DNA of 64,000 nucleotides from an uncultured Bacteroidales bacterium (GCA_902763885.1 CACWTU010000008.1:66427-130426); one strand, 5' to 3'; positions 1 to 10,233 are shown, counted from the first letter of the stretch. The notes: generated from the sequence alone by a model not told the origin. A program made the numbers and translations.

Positions 1-336
1 AAGGGCCTCTGCTGTGGCGCGCTCGCTGTCACCTCCCAGATATACGGGTGATGTGTCAAAGTAGTTCACTCCATGCTCCAGTGCAAAGTCAACCAGACGG
101 TTAACCTCTTCCTGGTCAATCACGTTACGGCCCTGTTCATTACGTTTCTGCGGCCAGCGCATACAACCGTATCCCAGCACGCCTATGCCGGGATAGTTCT
201 GCAGCATCTCTCCATGCAGGTCCTTGTTTGATGTGCCAGCCTTACCGGCATTCTTTGCAGCCTTGGGGGTGCAGGAATCAAGAGCCACTGCGGCTGCACC
301 TGCTCCCATATATTTTATAAAATCTCTTCTGTCCAT
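1..336 (-). CDS. aldo/keto reductase family oxidoreductase; N-terminal 112 aa only, gene runs off the left edge; Tat signal plus lipobox
   Basis: Own reverse translation from ATG at 336-334: MDRRDFIKYMGAGAAAVALDSC...GVLGYGCMRWP...VDFALEHGVNYFDTSPVY. RRDFIK is a twin-arginine motif, LDSC a lipobox, and the rest is an AKR N-terminal signature. Absent from the ORF track because no stop lies in the window. Confidence 0.65.
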   Translation of the reverse strand, partial: MDRRDFIKYMGAGAAAVALDSCTPKAAKNAGKAGTSNKDLHGEMLQNYPGIGVLGYGCMRWPQKRNEQGRNVIDQEEVNRLVDFALEHGVNYFDTSPVYLGGDSERATAEAL

Positions 337-342
337 TGTATA

Positions 343-1722
343 TCAGGCATTGTGGTGAATAGAAAGTCCGTTTACGGTGATGGCGCTGATGGGGCGTGAC
401 GGGCAGAGGTTCTCACATGCTCCGCAGCCTATGCAGCGGTCCTCAACAACGGTTGGAATCTGATTTCCCGACGGGCAGTGATATGCACAGTTACCGCAGC
501 TGTCCTTTCCCGTAGCAGGCAGACACAGGTCAAGGTTGACCTTAGCCACACCTATGCGGATGGTCTGTTTCTGCTCCACACTTACAGGTTTGATGGCACC
601 TGCAGGGCAAACCTGGCTGCATGCGGTACATTCCGGACGGCAGTAGCCGTTCTCATAGCTCATGACAGGCTGCAGGAAATGTTCCATGTCCGATGACGGG
701 CGCAACACACCGTTCTTGCAAGCGCTGACACAAAGCTGACAGGCGGTACAGTGGTCATAGAAGTTCTTGACGCTGCCGGCACCGAACGGCACCAATCTTT
801 CAGAGCGCTCAGGTGATTTCTTGGCAATGATGTCAGCCAGACCTCCGTGCATGTGGTCCTGCGCATTGGCAGCTGCACTTGCTGCCACTACGGCGCCGGT
901 TACCAGGAATGCGCGTCGGCCCTCATCCACGGGCTCATCGGCCTTAACGGCACAATCCTTTCTGTTGCAGACCGTCTTGAATTGTATTACTCCCTCCTGA
1001 CAAGTCTTTATGCAGTCAAAGCAATCTACACAGCGGCTATAGTCTATCTTGTGGTTCTTGGTGTCTATACATCCGGCCTTGCAGCCTCGTCCGCACTTGC
1101 CGCAGTTAATGCACTTATTCTCATCAATCTGAAGGCGGAACATTGAGAAACGGCTGAAAAAACTCAATATCGTGCCTACAGGACAGATGGTGTTGCAATA
1201 CTCACGTCCCCATGTCCATGCGCTAACGCAAATGATGATGAGTGTTAGCAGTCCGGTAAGCAGCAGAGGCAGTGTTACTGAACCCGATGCGGTAGCCACT
1301 ATAGAATGCACCATACGGCCGTAAGCACTATACGGAGCAATCAGCGCAATCAGCATCTGGCCGCTTGCCACCAATGAAACGATGGAGAGTACCAGAACTC
1401 CGTAGCGCACCCACTTGTGCTCACTGCGGTATTTGAATTTGAACCTCTTTTTCTTTTTGAACAGTTTCTCCAGTTTGCGTCTAGTCCATATTACAAGATC
1501 CTGGAATACACCCAATGGGCAGATAACAGAACAATAGATGCGTCCCACCAGCAATGTGAGCAGCACTACACCAATTACAACGGCAAGGTTTAAGGCAAGC
1601 AGTGAGGGCAGGAATTGCAGTTTTGCCATCCATCCCCACCAGTCATGTCCTATTCCGATAAACAGCAACGTGATTCCGATCAGGAAGAGCGTTGCAAGAA
1701 AAATTCTTGTTTTTCGTAACAT
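343..1722 (-). CDS. membrane-bound polyferredoxin (NapH/MauN-like, multiple 4Fe-4S clusters)
   Basis: ORF 343..1881, trimmed to MLRKTRIFLATLFL at 1722. N-terminal TM helices carry CSVICPLG and CNTICPVG motifs. There are at least six CxxCxxCxxxC(P) ferredoxin motifs, and an internal RRAFLVTGAVVAASAAANA hydrophobic segment separates two cluster groups. Confidence 0.75.
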   Translation of the reverse strand: MLRKTRIFLATLFLIGITLLFIGIGHDWWGWMAKLQFLPSLLALNLAVVIGVVLLTLLVGRIYCSVICPLGVFQDLVIWTRRKLEKLFKKKKRFKFKYRSEHKWVRYGVLVLSIVSLVASGQMLIALIAPYSAYGRMVHSIVATASGSVTLPLLLTGLLTLIIICVSAWTWGREYCNTICPVGTILSFFSRFSMFRLQIDENKCINCGKCGRGCKAGCIDTKNHKIDYSRCVDCFDCIKTCQEGVIQFKTVCNRKDCAVKADEPVDEGRRAFLVTGAVVAASAAANAQDHMHGGLADIIAKKSPERSERLVPFGAGSVKNFYDHCTACQLCVSACKNGVLRPSSDMEHFLQPVMSYENGYCRPECTACSQVCPAGAIKPVSVEQKQTIRIGVAKVNLDLCLPATGKDSCGNCAYHCPSGNQIPTVVEDRCIGCGACENLCPSRPISAITVNGLSIHHNA

Positions 1723-1895
1723 ATTTGGTTTGTTGGATTTTTCGTTAATCCGGTTTAAATGTCCTTTACTTGTCAAAGATAGCAAAAAGTTTAATATGTA
1801 TTGCCTCATAAGAAATAATCCTGTTGCGTACTTTGCAACCGGGTTGCAAGGGTGGGGGTGTACCTTTGCAGCGGAAATCAAAAAAAGTACGCTAT

Positions 1896-3851
1896 ATGAT
1901 ACACGAACATCACCATCATCACGAGAATGAATGCTGCGAGCATGAACATCATCATGAGCACAATCACGAGCATGAGCACCACCATCATCATGAAGAGGAA
2001 GAGGAGGGCAGAGGCCGTATCATCAAGATAGTCTCCTCTACAGTATTGCTGATTGCTGCTGCAATCATTGAGAGAAAGACCAATTGGGCCGATTGGCAGT
2101 ATCTGCTGCTGTTCCTGGTGCCTTATCTTATTGTAGGCTGGGAAACCCTTAAGGAGGCCGCCGAGGGTCTGATGGAAGGTGAGGCGCTGAGTGAGGACTT
2201 CCTTATGAGCATAGCCACTATAGGCGCGCTTGCCATTGGATTCATGCCAGGTGCCGAGACGCAGTTCCCTGAGGCCGTATTTGTTATGTTGTTCTTCCAG
2301 ATTGGCGAGATGTTTGAGGAGGTGGCCGAGGGCCGAAGCCGCAAATCCATATCGCACCTTATGGATATACGTCCCGATACCGCCAACGTGGAGCGTGACG
2401 GAGAGATATTCAAGGTGGCCCCTGATATGGTAAGGGTGGGTGAGATAATAGTTATCCGCCCGGGTGAGAAGGTCCCCATGGACGGAGTAGTGATTGAGGG
2501 TACATCAAGCCTTGATACTGTGGCTCTTACGGGTGAGAGCGTGCCGCGTGGCGTACAGAAAGGTGATGAGATACTCTCCGGCTGCGTAAACCTGAACGGA
2601 CTGCTCAAGGTACGCACTACAAAAGCGTTTGCTGAATCCACCGTATCAAAGATCCTTGACCTGGTGGAGAATGCCGCCAGCAGCAAGAGCCGCAGCGAGA
2701 GTTTCATTACAAAGTTTGCCCGTGTATATACTCCGATAGTTGTGGGCTTAGCAGTATTGGTTGCTGTAATACCCAGCCTGATAACCGGTGAGTGGGCTAC
2801 ATGGATATACCGCGGACTGCTGTTCCTGGTGGTATCGTGCCCGTGCGCTCTGGTGATATCGGTCCCGCTTACGTTCTTTGGCGGACTGGGCGGCGCATCA
2901 CGCAAGGGTATCCTTATCAAAGGTTCAAATCTGCTTGACAAACTGGCCGGCGTAAAGACGGTTGTGTTTGACAAGACCGGAACGCTCACGGAGGGAGTGT
3001 TTGAGGTGACTGCCGTACATCCTCAGGAGATTGACAACAATGAACTGTTGCACCTGGCCGCACATGTGGAGCGTCACTCCACACATCCCATAGCAATGGC
3101 GCTGCGCAACGCCTATCCCGATGAACAGGATGATTGCGTGATAGCTGATGTCCAGGAGACCGCCGGTCACGGAATAATAGCCAATGTAAACGGCAGGAGC
3201 GTGGCTGTAGGCAACAGCAAGCTGATGGAGAAGGTTGGGGCAGAGTGGCGCCCGTGCCATCATGAAGGAACCATCATCCATGTGGCAATTGACGGCAAGT
3301 ATGCCGGTCACATAGTGATATCGGACCGCATCAAGGAGGATTCAGCTTTAGGCATAGCGCTGCTTAAGGATGCCGGTGTAAACAAGACCGTGATGCTTAC
3401 CGGTGACCAGGAGCATGTGGCAGCCGCCGTGGCCAAAAAGGTTGGTGTGAGTGAGTATCATGCCCAACTGCTTCCGGCTGATAAGGTATCGGAGGTTGAA
3501 AGACTGCTGGCAGGTGGAACATTGGCCTTTGTAGGTGACGGCATAAACGATGCTCCGGTACTTACCCGCGCGGACATCGGAATAGCAATGGGGGCACTTG
3601 GATCAGATGCAGCAATTGAGGCTGCCGATGTGGTGCTGATGGATGACAAACCGTCCAAGATAGCAATGGCCGTAAAGATAGCCCGCCGCACAATCCGTAT
3701 AGCCAAAGAGAATATCTGGTTTGCCATAGGAATCAAGGTTCTGGTACTGCTGCTTGCCATACCCGGCCTGGCCACGATGTGGATGGCGGTCTTTGCCGAT
3801 GTAGGCGTAACCGTCTTGGCTGTGCTGAACGCGATGCGCGCTCTGAAGTGA
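1896..3851 (+). CDS. heavy-metal-translocating P1B-type ATPase (Zn/Cd/Co-type) with His-rich N-terminus
   Basis: ORF 1824..3851, trimmed to ATG 1896 (MIHEHHHHHENECCEHEHHH...). Has the SCPCALV (CPC) transmembrane metal site, DKTGTLT phosphorylation site and GDGINDAP hinge. Confidence 0.9.
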   Translation: MIHEHHHHHENECCEHEHHHEHNHEHEHHHHHEEEEEGRGRIIKIVSSTVLLIAAAIIERKTNWADWQYLLLFLVPYLIVGWETLKEAAEGLMEGEALSEDFLMSIATIGALAIGFMPGAETQFPEAVFVMLFFQIGEMFEEVAEGRSRKSISHLMDIRPDTANVERDGEIFKVAPDMVRVGEIIVIRPGEKVPMDGVVIEGTSSLDTVALTGESVPRGVQKGDEILSGCVNLNGLLKVRTTKAFAESTVSKILDLVENAASSKSRSESFITKFARVYTPIVVGLAVLVAVIPSLITGEWATWIYRGLLFLVVSCPCALVISVPLTFFGGLGGASRKGILIKGSNLLDKLAGVKTVVFDKTGTLTEGVFEVTAVHPQEIDNNELLHLAAHVERHSTHPIAMALRNAYPDEQDDCVIADVQETAGHGIIANVNGRSVAVGNSKLMEKVGAEWRPCHHEGTIIHVAIDGKYAGHIVISDRIKEDSALGIALLKDAGVNKTVMLTGDQEHVAAAVAKKVGVSEYHAQLLPADKVSEVERLLAGGTLAFVGDGINDAPVLTRADIGIAMGALGSDAAIEAADVVLMDDKPSKIAMAVKIARRTIRIAKENIWFAIGIKVLVLLLAIPGLATMWMAVFADVGVTVLAVLNAMRALK

Positions 3852-3878
3852 CCCAAAGGGGACTGTCCCCTTTGGGTC
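3850..3878. repeat. GGGAC-N-GTCCC-cored palindromic element (gacccaaaggggactgtcccctttgggtc); probable terminator hairpin
   Basis: Perfect 14-bp stem. The ATPase TGA stop (3849-3851) forms the base of the stem, and an A-run follows. Confidence 0.7.
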
Positions 3879-3949
3879 AAAAAAAAAGCAAAAGAACGCA
3901 GAAGGAAACGTCTCTATTGTGTATATTCGCAAATCATAAACCCTACTGT

Positions 3950-6900
3950 ATGAAAACTAAACAATTACTGACCATCATTGCGGCAATTGCATTGTGTGCC
4001 GCACCTGCCGTAGCGCAGGAGAGTGTTCCCGTTTACAAGAACACCAACTATTCATTCCAGGAGAGGGCGGTAGACTTGGTGTCACGCCTTACATTAGAAG
4101 AGAAACAGGCCCTTTTGGGCAATAACATGGCCGCTGTTCCACGCTTAGGTATTAAACAGTATAACGTGTGGAGTGAGGCTCTGCACGGTGTGCTGTCAGG
4201 TGCCAACGCATCGGTGGGCCTGCAGGGACCTACATCATTCCCCGGCAGTGTGGCATTAGGTTCCACCTGGGATCCTGATCTGCTGGAGCTTGAGGCATCG
4301 GTCATAGCCGATGAGGCACGTGCCATATTCCAGACAGGCACCAAGGGACTTACGTTCTGGAGTCCGGTGGTGGAGCCTATCCGCGACCCGCGTTGGGGCC
4401 GTACCGGTGAGAGCTACGGTGAGGACCCGTTCCTGGCTGCAGTCATGTCAAGTGGATTCGTGCGCGGTATGATGGGCAATGACCCCGTTTATATGAAGGC
4501 CGTTCCATGTGCCAAGCACTATTTTGCCAACAACAGTGAGTTTGACCGTCACGTAGGCAGTTCCAATATGGACAGCCGCGATATGCGTGAGTTCTATCTC
4601 TATCCTTATAAGGAACTGATAGAGAAGGATAATCTGCCATCCATCATGTCATCATACAATGCTGTGAACCATGTACCTACGTCAGCCAGTGCATTGTATC
4701 TGGACACCATAGCCCGCCGCACATACGGTATGAAGGGCTACGTGACAGGTGACTGCGCCGCCATTGAGGATATCTATACTGGTCACTACTATGTGGAGAC
4801 TGCAGAGGAGGCTACTGCCGCCGGACTCAAGGCCGGTGTTGACTCTGACTGCGGAAGCGTATATCAGCGTTATGCCCTGAGCGCACTTGAGAAAGGTCTT
4901 ATCACTGAGGCCGATATGGACCGTGCGCTGGTTAATATGTTCATTATCCGTATGCGTACCGGTGAGTTTGACCCGCTTATGAAGGTGCCGTATGCCAACT
5001 TCCCGGCCAGCACCGTCAACTCAGAGCGCAGCCAGGCCATCGCACTTGAGGTGGCAACACGTACTCCCGTCCTGCTCAAGAACGAGCATGTTCCGGGCAA
5101 GGCAAACAAGGCTCTGCCTATAAGCCTCAAGGATATAAAGAGCATCGCACTTATCGGCCCGCAGGCTGACCGTGTTGAACTTGGACCGTACTCCGGACGT
5201 CCGGAGCAGTCAAGCCGTACAAGCCCATACGCAGGTATCAGCAAGTACATTGCAGACAAGGGACTGGATATTGAGGTTACCCTGGCACAGGGCGGAAGCA
5301 CCAAGAGTAAAAGCAACCTGCTTTACGTAGCCTATTTTGACCTGGAGAAGGCCGATGGCAGCAAGAGTCATCATGACGCTACCAAGTACACCTCTTCATC
5401 AGATGGTATAACCGTTGGTTCCGGTATGGGCACAGAGGAACAGGTACGTTCCATTGATGACGGTTCATGGACCGCGTATGAGAACGTTGACCTTATCAAT
5501 GTTGACAAGATAACCATCGGTGCAAATATCCCCACTGAAGGTGGTATCATTGAGGTACACGTAGGCTCACCTGAGGGTAACCTGATAAGCACCATTGAGG
5601 CTACCCGTGCATCGGGCAAGCGTGTGGGTGGCGTTTATGGCGCCAGCACTCCCATGGAGGGTAAGGTGAACCGTCTGGGTTACAACGGGCCGCAGACTCT
5701 TTATCTGGTCTATAAGGCACCTGAGGATGATGAGATTGCAGAGGATGTTGTTGAGGCTGCACGTAAATCGGACGTGGCCATAGTATTTGTAGGTACTGAT
5801 GAGAATACCGCAACTGAGGAGGCTGACCGTCTGACTCTGAACCTGCCGGGTAACCAGGTCAAGCTGATACAGGCTGTGGCAAAGGAGAATAAGAATACCA
5901 TCGTGGTGATGCAGACGTTAGGTTGCGTTGAGGTGGAGGACTTCAAGAATCTGGAGAATATCCCAGGTATATTGTGGACAGGATACAACGGTCAGGCGCA
6001 GGGTGCTGCCATTCCTATGGTGCTGTTCGGTGATGTTACTCCCGGCGGTAAGTTGAACGCTACATGGTATAAGTCAGTCAAGGACCTGCCGCCTATCACT
6101 GATTACACTCTGCGCGCCGAGAACGGCAAGCCCGGACGTACGTTGTGGTACTTTACCAAGCCGGTATCATACGAGTTCGGTTACGGTCTGAGCTACACCA
6201 CATTTGAATACTCTGATTTCCAGATAAGCAAGAGCAACATTACTCCCAATGACAAGATTACCATAAGTCTTAACGTAAAGAATACCGGTGACTTTGACGG
6301 TGATGAAGTGGTGCAGATCTATATGACCACACCGGACAGCCCTGCATCACTGCAGCGTCCTATCAAGAGGCTCAAGGGATTCAAGCGCGTAACCATTCCG
6401 CGCGGACAGACCCGCTTGGTAGAGATTGAGATTGACTGCGCTGACCTGTGGTTCTGGGATATGAAGAATGACCGTATCACATATGATTCCGGCCGTTATA
6501 TATTTGAGATAGGCTCATCTTCAAAGGATATCCGCGGAACCGTATCTGCCAATATGAACGGACGCTTTAATCCGCAACTCAAGACCGTGGTGGCCGATTG
6601 CCGCGTATCAGTCCTTGAGATTGGCCAGACAGCTCAGACACAGACATCGGCCTGTCTTACTGATGACTCATTCATAGGATTGGACAAGGCTACTGTTAAG
6701 TACGTTAGCAGTAATCCGTCTGTGGCCAGTATCAATGCTTCCGGCCTGCTTACTGCAGTAGGTCCCGGCATAGCTACCATAACAGTAAGCGTGACATACG
6801 GCGGCAAGACGGTAAGTGATACCTATTCTGTCAAGGTTAACGCAGATCTTTCATTGGCTACACTCAAGAATGCAGGCAAGTCTCTGCTCAAGCCTGGCCG

Positions 6901-7753
6901 TAACCAGTACAGCGTGCTGGGTAAGATGTCATCAAAGGTTACAGCCTCAGCCAAGTCATCAAAACTGAGCGTAAATGTGGAGCAGGCTCCTACAGTACCC
7001 GGAACTGCTGTCGTAACAGTATCAGAGCCTGTAACCGGTGATGTACAGAGCTATTATGTGAACTTTGGCACTAAGGGCGTTCCTGATGAGTTCAATAACA
7101 ACAGTCTGGGCAGTCAGTGGAAAGTGATACGCCGCAATGATGAGAATCTTTGGATAGATAACGGCTGGTTGTCGATTATCGCTGAGACAGGTGATATAAA
7201 CGGTACGTCTGACAACGCAGCCAACATGATTCTTCAGAGCGCCAATACTGACTGGACAATTGAGACCAGACTCGCCACAAACGCTGTTCCTGTTTCTGCA
7301 CAGAATGCCGGTCTGGTAGCTTATCAGGATGATTCACATTTTGTAAAACTGGTTTATACCGCCGCCGGATTCCGTCGTGGCCAGCAGGCAGCAGCACCAG
7401 CACCTGCTTCAGGGAACGTGCAACTCTATGTTGAGGAGAACGGATCATCCAAGAGCACGGTAAGTGTGAGCTTGGCAGGGGCCGAAATCAAGAATAATAA
7501 CATATATCTTAAACTTGACAAGGACGGCAGTATCTACACTGCATATTACTCAGTTGACGGAAAGAGTTGGGTTCAGGCCGGTCAGGCTGACATCTCGCTT
7601 AAGGATATCCAGGCTGGAGTGATGGCATGTCAGGGCGTGATGAACATGCGTATGGGTATGCGTCCTGGCGGGGCAGCCGCCGCAGCACCGGCTCAACAGA
7701 ACAATGCCCAGTTCAGGGCCAACTTTGACTGGTTCAGGATCAAGAACAGATAA
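3950..7753 (+). CDS. multidomain glycoside hydrolase family 3 (beta-glucosidase/beta-xylosidase-like) with CBM6-like insert, Ig-like (Big_2-like) domain and C-terminal concanavalin-like domain
   Basis: ORF 3779..7753, trimmed to MKTKQLLTIIAAIALCAAPAVAQ (signal peptide) at 3950. GH3 motifs include RDPRWGRTGESYGEDP and the GYVTGDC nucleophile region. The CBM6-like stretch is IDDGSWTAYENVDL...IEVHVGSPEGNLI. C-terminal features are FEYGYGLSYTTF, an Ig-like VKYVSSNPSVASINASGLLTAVGPGIATITV, and a FDWFRIKN tail. Confidence 0.85.
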   Translation: MKTKQLLTIIAAIALCAAPAVAQESVPVYKNTNYSFQERAVDLVSRLTLEEKQALLGNNMAAVPRLGIKQYNVWSEALHGVLSGANASVGLQGPTSFPGSVALGSTWDPDLLELEASVIADEARAIFQTGTKGLTFWSPVVEPIRDPRWGRTGESYGEDPFLAAVMSSGFVRGMMGNDPVYMKAVPCAKHYFANNSEFDRHVGSSNMDSRDMREFYLYPYKELIEKDNLPSIMSSYNAVNHVPTSASALYLDTIARRTYGMKGYVTGDCAAIEDIYTGHYYVETAEEATAAGLKAGVDSDCGSVYQRYALSALEKGLITEADMDRALVNMFIIRMRTGEFDPLMKVPYANFPASTVNSERSQAIALEVATRTPVLLKNEHVPGKANKALPISLKDIKSIALIGPQADRVELGPYSGRPEQSSRTSPYAGISKYIADKGLDIEVTLAQGGSTKSKSNLLYVAYFDLEKADGSKSHHDATKYTSSSDGITVGSGMGTEEQVRSIDDGSWTAYENVDLINVDKITIGANIPTEGGIIEVHVGSPEGNLISTIEATRASGKRVGGVYGASTPMEGKVNRLGYNGPQTLYLVYKAPEDDEIAEDVVEAARKSDVAIVFVGTDENTATEEADRLTLNLPGNQVKLIQAVAKENKNTIVVMQTLGCVEVEDFKNLENIPGILWTGYNGQAQGAAIPMVLFGDVTPGGKLNATWYKSVKDLPPITDYTLRAENGKPGRTLWYFTKPVSYEFGYGLSYTTFEYSDFQISKSNITPNDKITISLNVKNTGDFDGDEVVQIYMTTPDSPASLQRPIKRLKGFKRVTIPRGQTRLVEIEIDCADLWFWDMKNDRITYDSGRYIFEIGSSSKDIRGTVSANMNGRFNPQLKTVVADCRVSVLEIGQTAQTQTSACLTDDSFIGLDKATVKYVSSNPSVASINASGLLTAVGPGIATITVSVTYGGKTVSDTYSVKVNADLSLATLKNAGKSLLKPGRNQYSVLGKMSSKVTASAKSSKLSVNVEQAPTVPGTAVVTVSEPVTGDVQSYYVNFGTKGVPDEFNNNSLGSQWKVIRRNDENLWIDNGWLSIIAETGDINGTSDNAANMILQSANTDWTIETRLATNAVPVSAQNAGLVAYQDDSHFVKLVYTAAGFRRGQQAAAPAPASGNVQLYVEENGSSKSTVSVSLAGAEIKNNNIYLKLDKDGSIYTAYYSVDGKSWVQAGQADISLKDIQAGVMACQGVMNMRMGMRPGGAAAAAPAQQNNAQFRANFDWFRIKNR

Positions 7754-7758
7754 CACTG

Positions 7759-8559
7759 ATGCTTTTAGGGCTCAGACATAACCGGAAACTGTTCCCCGCC
7801 ATAATCATGTTATGGTGGGGGACAGCTTTCAGTTTGTATGCCGCAACCCCGCAGATTATTGATGCCAAACCGTTTGATGACGGTTTTGTGATAGCCTCCA
7901 CTGACGGCATGCTTTACTGGACAGATATTGACGGCATCCATCTGGACAGCGTGAACCTTAAAACAGACATTGCCGGCATTGAGGTGACTGATGGCTCAGT
8001 GCTTGCCGTAACTCCAGACTGCACTATCCTGAAGGTGGAGCGTAACGGCAAGACCAGCCGTCTAAGCCGCAGGCAGATAAACGGCGGTTACAACCGCGTG
8101 GTAGGGATAGCCTGTTCAGGTGGCAATACATTTGTGCTTACAGTATCTGGCATCATCCTTAAAACCACCGATTTTAAGTCTTTTACGTCATTTGATTTCA
8201 ATCAGGCTTATACCGGTTATTATGAGCATACCAGTTTCAATGCTATCTGTTCATCGGACAACAGCATTTTCATTACCGGTATCTATGACAACGGACTGCC
8301 TGCCGTATTCACATCGGCCGTGGGCAATATCTGGAGCGAACGCACCCTTACCTATATATATAGCGGTGAGACCCTCTCATTGGAGCATCAGCCCCTGTCA
8401 ATGGCATACGATGCCCGCATGGACCGTTTTGTTTTGGGCTGCACAGACGGTTATCTCTTCTACTTGCCCGGCTGTTCCCACTGCAACGCCATAGAGAGCA
8501 AGACTCACTCAGACATTACGGCGGTTGCTTTTAATGAAGGCTACTGTCTCATACGTTGA
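7759..8559 (+). CDS. hypothetical secreted protein (possibly beta-propeller-like)
   Basis: 266-aa ORF starting 6 nt after the GH3 stop, with a hydrophobic N-terminus (FPAIIMLWWGTAFSLYA). I recognise no family motif. Confidence 0.45.
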   Translation: MLLGLRHNRKLFPAIIMLWWGTAFSLYAATPQIIDAKPFDDGFVIASTDGMLYWTDIDGIHLDSVNLKTDIAGIEVTDGSVLAVTPDCTILKVERNGKTSRLSRRQINGGYNRVVGIACSGGNTFVLTVSGIILKTTDFKSFTSFDFNQAYTGYYEHTSFNAICSSDNSIFITGIYDNGLPAVFTSAVGNIWSERTLTYIYSGETLSLEHQPLSMAYDARMDRFVLGCTDGYLFYLPGCSHCNAIESKTHSDITAVAFNEGYCLIR

Positions 8560-8572
8560 AACTTATGGCACT

Positions 8573-9604
8573 ATGAAAAAAACCACATGGATAGGATTGA
8601 TTCTGCTGCTGTTTGTGACGGCATGCAGGATGTTTATACCTGTAGCTGAATTTTATGCTGCATACTGCTATCCTGTCATATCGTTTTGTCTGGCATTGCC
8701 CACCTCAATATTCCCGTTTTCCCTTGAGGAGATAACGGTGTTTGTTTTCATTTTCCTGTTTATAAGCATCATTTTCGTATCAATCAGGCGAAAACGCGGT
8801 TTTTTATATTGGCTTAAAAGAACGGCGGCTCTGATAATGTGGTTTATAGTGTGGTTCTATATGGGGTGGGGTAACAACTACTTCCGCAAGCCGCTTTATG
8901 AGAGGGCAGGGGTGGAGCGCCACCCTTTTGAGAAAGATGAATTCAACAGATTCCTGGCCAGCTATACGGCAGAGCTAAACCGTACGGCAGGAGCCGTTGT
9001 CAATTTAGAAAAAGCTGAACTTGAAAAGGATATCAATGAATTCTACTGCCATCAGCCGGCTGAACTGGGATATACCAGGCTGCACAGGTGGCAGCGTACC
9101 AAACGTCCTTTGATGAACTGGCTATATTCATCGGTATCGGTTTTGGGTTATATGGGGCCGTTTTTCTGTGAGTCACAACTGAATCTGGACCTTCTCGATA
9201 CTGAGTACGTATCTACCCTTGCGCATGAGAAAGCTCATCTGGCAGGAGTGACCAGTGAGGCGGAGGCTAACTATTGGTCATACGTCTATTGTCGTCAGTC
9301 AAGTGATGACGGCGTGCGCTACAGCGGATACCTGCATCTGCTTCCGTACATTATGATAAATGCCGGAGCACTCTACAGTGAAGATGAATATAAGGAATGG
9401 TTGGGCCAGGTGAATCCGGTTGCCATAGATGACTTCAGAAAAACCCGTGAATACTGGCAGCAGAAACGAGTAAAGATACTTGATGATATTCAGTTGTGGA
9501 TGATGGACTCCTATCTAAAGTCAAACAATGTCAGTGAGGGGGCCGATGACTACATAGGAGTAGTGGGTATGGTTATAACCATGGATTCCCGACTGGACAA
9601 ATAA
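8573..9604 (+). CDS. DUF3810-like membrane protein with HExxH zinc-peptidase-like motif
   Basis: ORF 8525..9604, trimmed to [12 protein letters not shown] at 8573. Has N-terminal TM helices and [10 protein letters not shown] (HExxH). Confidence 0.6.
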   Translation: MKKTTWIGLILLLFVTACRMFIPVAEFYAAYCYPVISFCLALPTSIFPFSLEEITVFVFIFLFISIIFVSIRRKRGFLYWLKRTAALIMWFIVWFYMGWGNNYFRKPLYERAGVERHPFEKDEFNRFLASYTAELNRTAGAVVNLEKAELEKDINEFYCHQPAELGYTRLHRWQRTKRPLMNWLYSSVSVLGYMGPFFCESQLNLDLLDTEYVSTLAHEKAHLAGVTSEAEANYWSYVYCRQSSDDGVRYSGYLHLLPYIMINAGALYSEDEYKEWLGQVNPVAIDDFRKTREYWQQKRVKILDDIQLWMMDSYLKSNNVSEGADDYIGVVGMVITMDSRLDK

Positions 9605-9615
9605 ACAGAAAGCTT

Positions 9616-10233
9616 ATGAATCATAATCCGTTGTTGCCGTTTTTGGTTGAGGGCCGTATTGAGGCCGGGTGTGATGAAGCCGGGCGTGGGTGTCTGGCCG
9701 GACCTGTCTATGCGGCAGCGGTGATATTGCCGCCTGATTTCAGCAATGAACTGCTCAATGACTCCAAGCAACTGACTGAGAAGCAGCGCTATGCCTTGCG
9801 TCCCGTAATTGAGAGGGAGGCTCTGGCTTGGGCTGTGGGCGTGGTCGATAATCAGGAGATAGACAGGATAAATATTCTCAAGGCTTCATTTACGGCAATG
9901 CATCGGGCTATAGACCGTCTTAAGGTACGCCCGGAGCATCTGCTGATAGACGGCAACCGCTTTATCCCATATCCCGGCATAGCACATACCACAATCGTCA
10001 AGGGTGACGGCAAGATGATGTCCATTGCGGCTGCATCGGTCCTGGCCAAGACTTATCGTGATGATTTCATGAACCGCATAGCAGAGGAATACCCTCAGTA
10101 TGACTGGCTTGAGAACAAGGGCTATCCTACTAAGAAACATAGGGACGCCATTAAGAAACACGGGACCACACCTTATCACAGGATGTCTTTCAATCTGCTT
10201 GGTGACGGACAGCTTTCTCTTGATTTTACTTAG
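9616..10233 (+). CDS. rnhB: ribonuclease HII
   Basis: [23 protein letters not shown]-terminal catalytic motif, plus [10 protein letters not shown], typical of RNase HII. 205 aa. Confidence 0.9.
   Translation: MNHNPLLPFLVEGRIEAGCDEAGRGCLAGPVYAAAVILPPDFSNELLNDSKQLTEKQRYALRPVIEREALAWAVGVVDNQEIDRINILKASFTAMHRAIDRLKVRPEHLLIDGNRFIPYPGIAHTTIVKGDGKMMSIAAASVLAKTYRDDFMNRIAEEYPQYDWLENKGYPTKKHRDAIKKHGTTPYHRMSFNLLGDGQLSLDFT

Noticed and set aside
1878-3932. Numerous 60-290-aa ORFs antisense to or overlapping the ATPase gene (for example 2123..2989 and 3458..3880). Comparable shadow ORFs lie inside other long genes (4048..7756, 12819..15916, 17585..19259, 21544..23375, 24351..26060 and others).
   Set aside because: They lie entirely within well-supported genes on the opposite strand or in another frame. 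Their composition is biased (Ser/Arg/Pro-rich) and they have no motifs. They are typical shadow ORFs.
3779-3949. N-terminal extension of the large GH3 ORF, overlapping the 3' end of the ATPase gene and the palindromic terminator.
   Set aside because: A clean signal peptide starts at the ATG at 3950. The extension crosses a hairpin and another gene's coding end.
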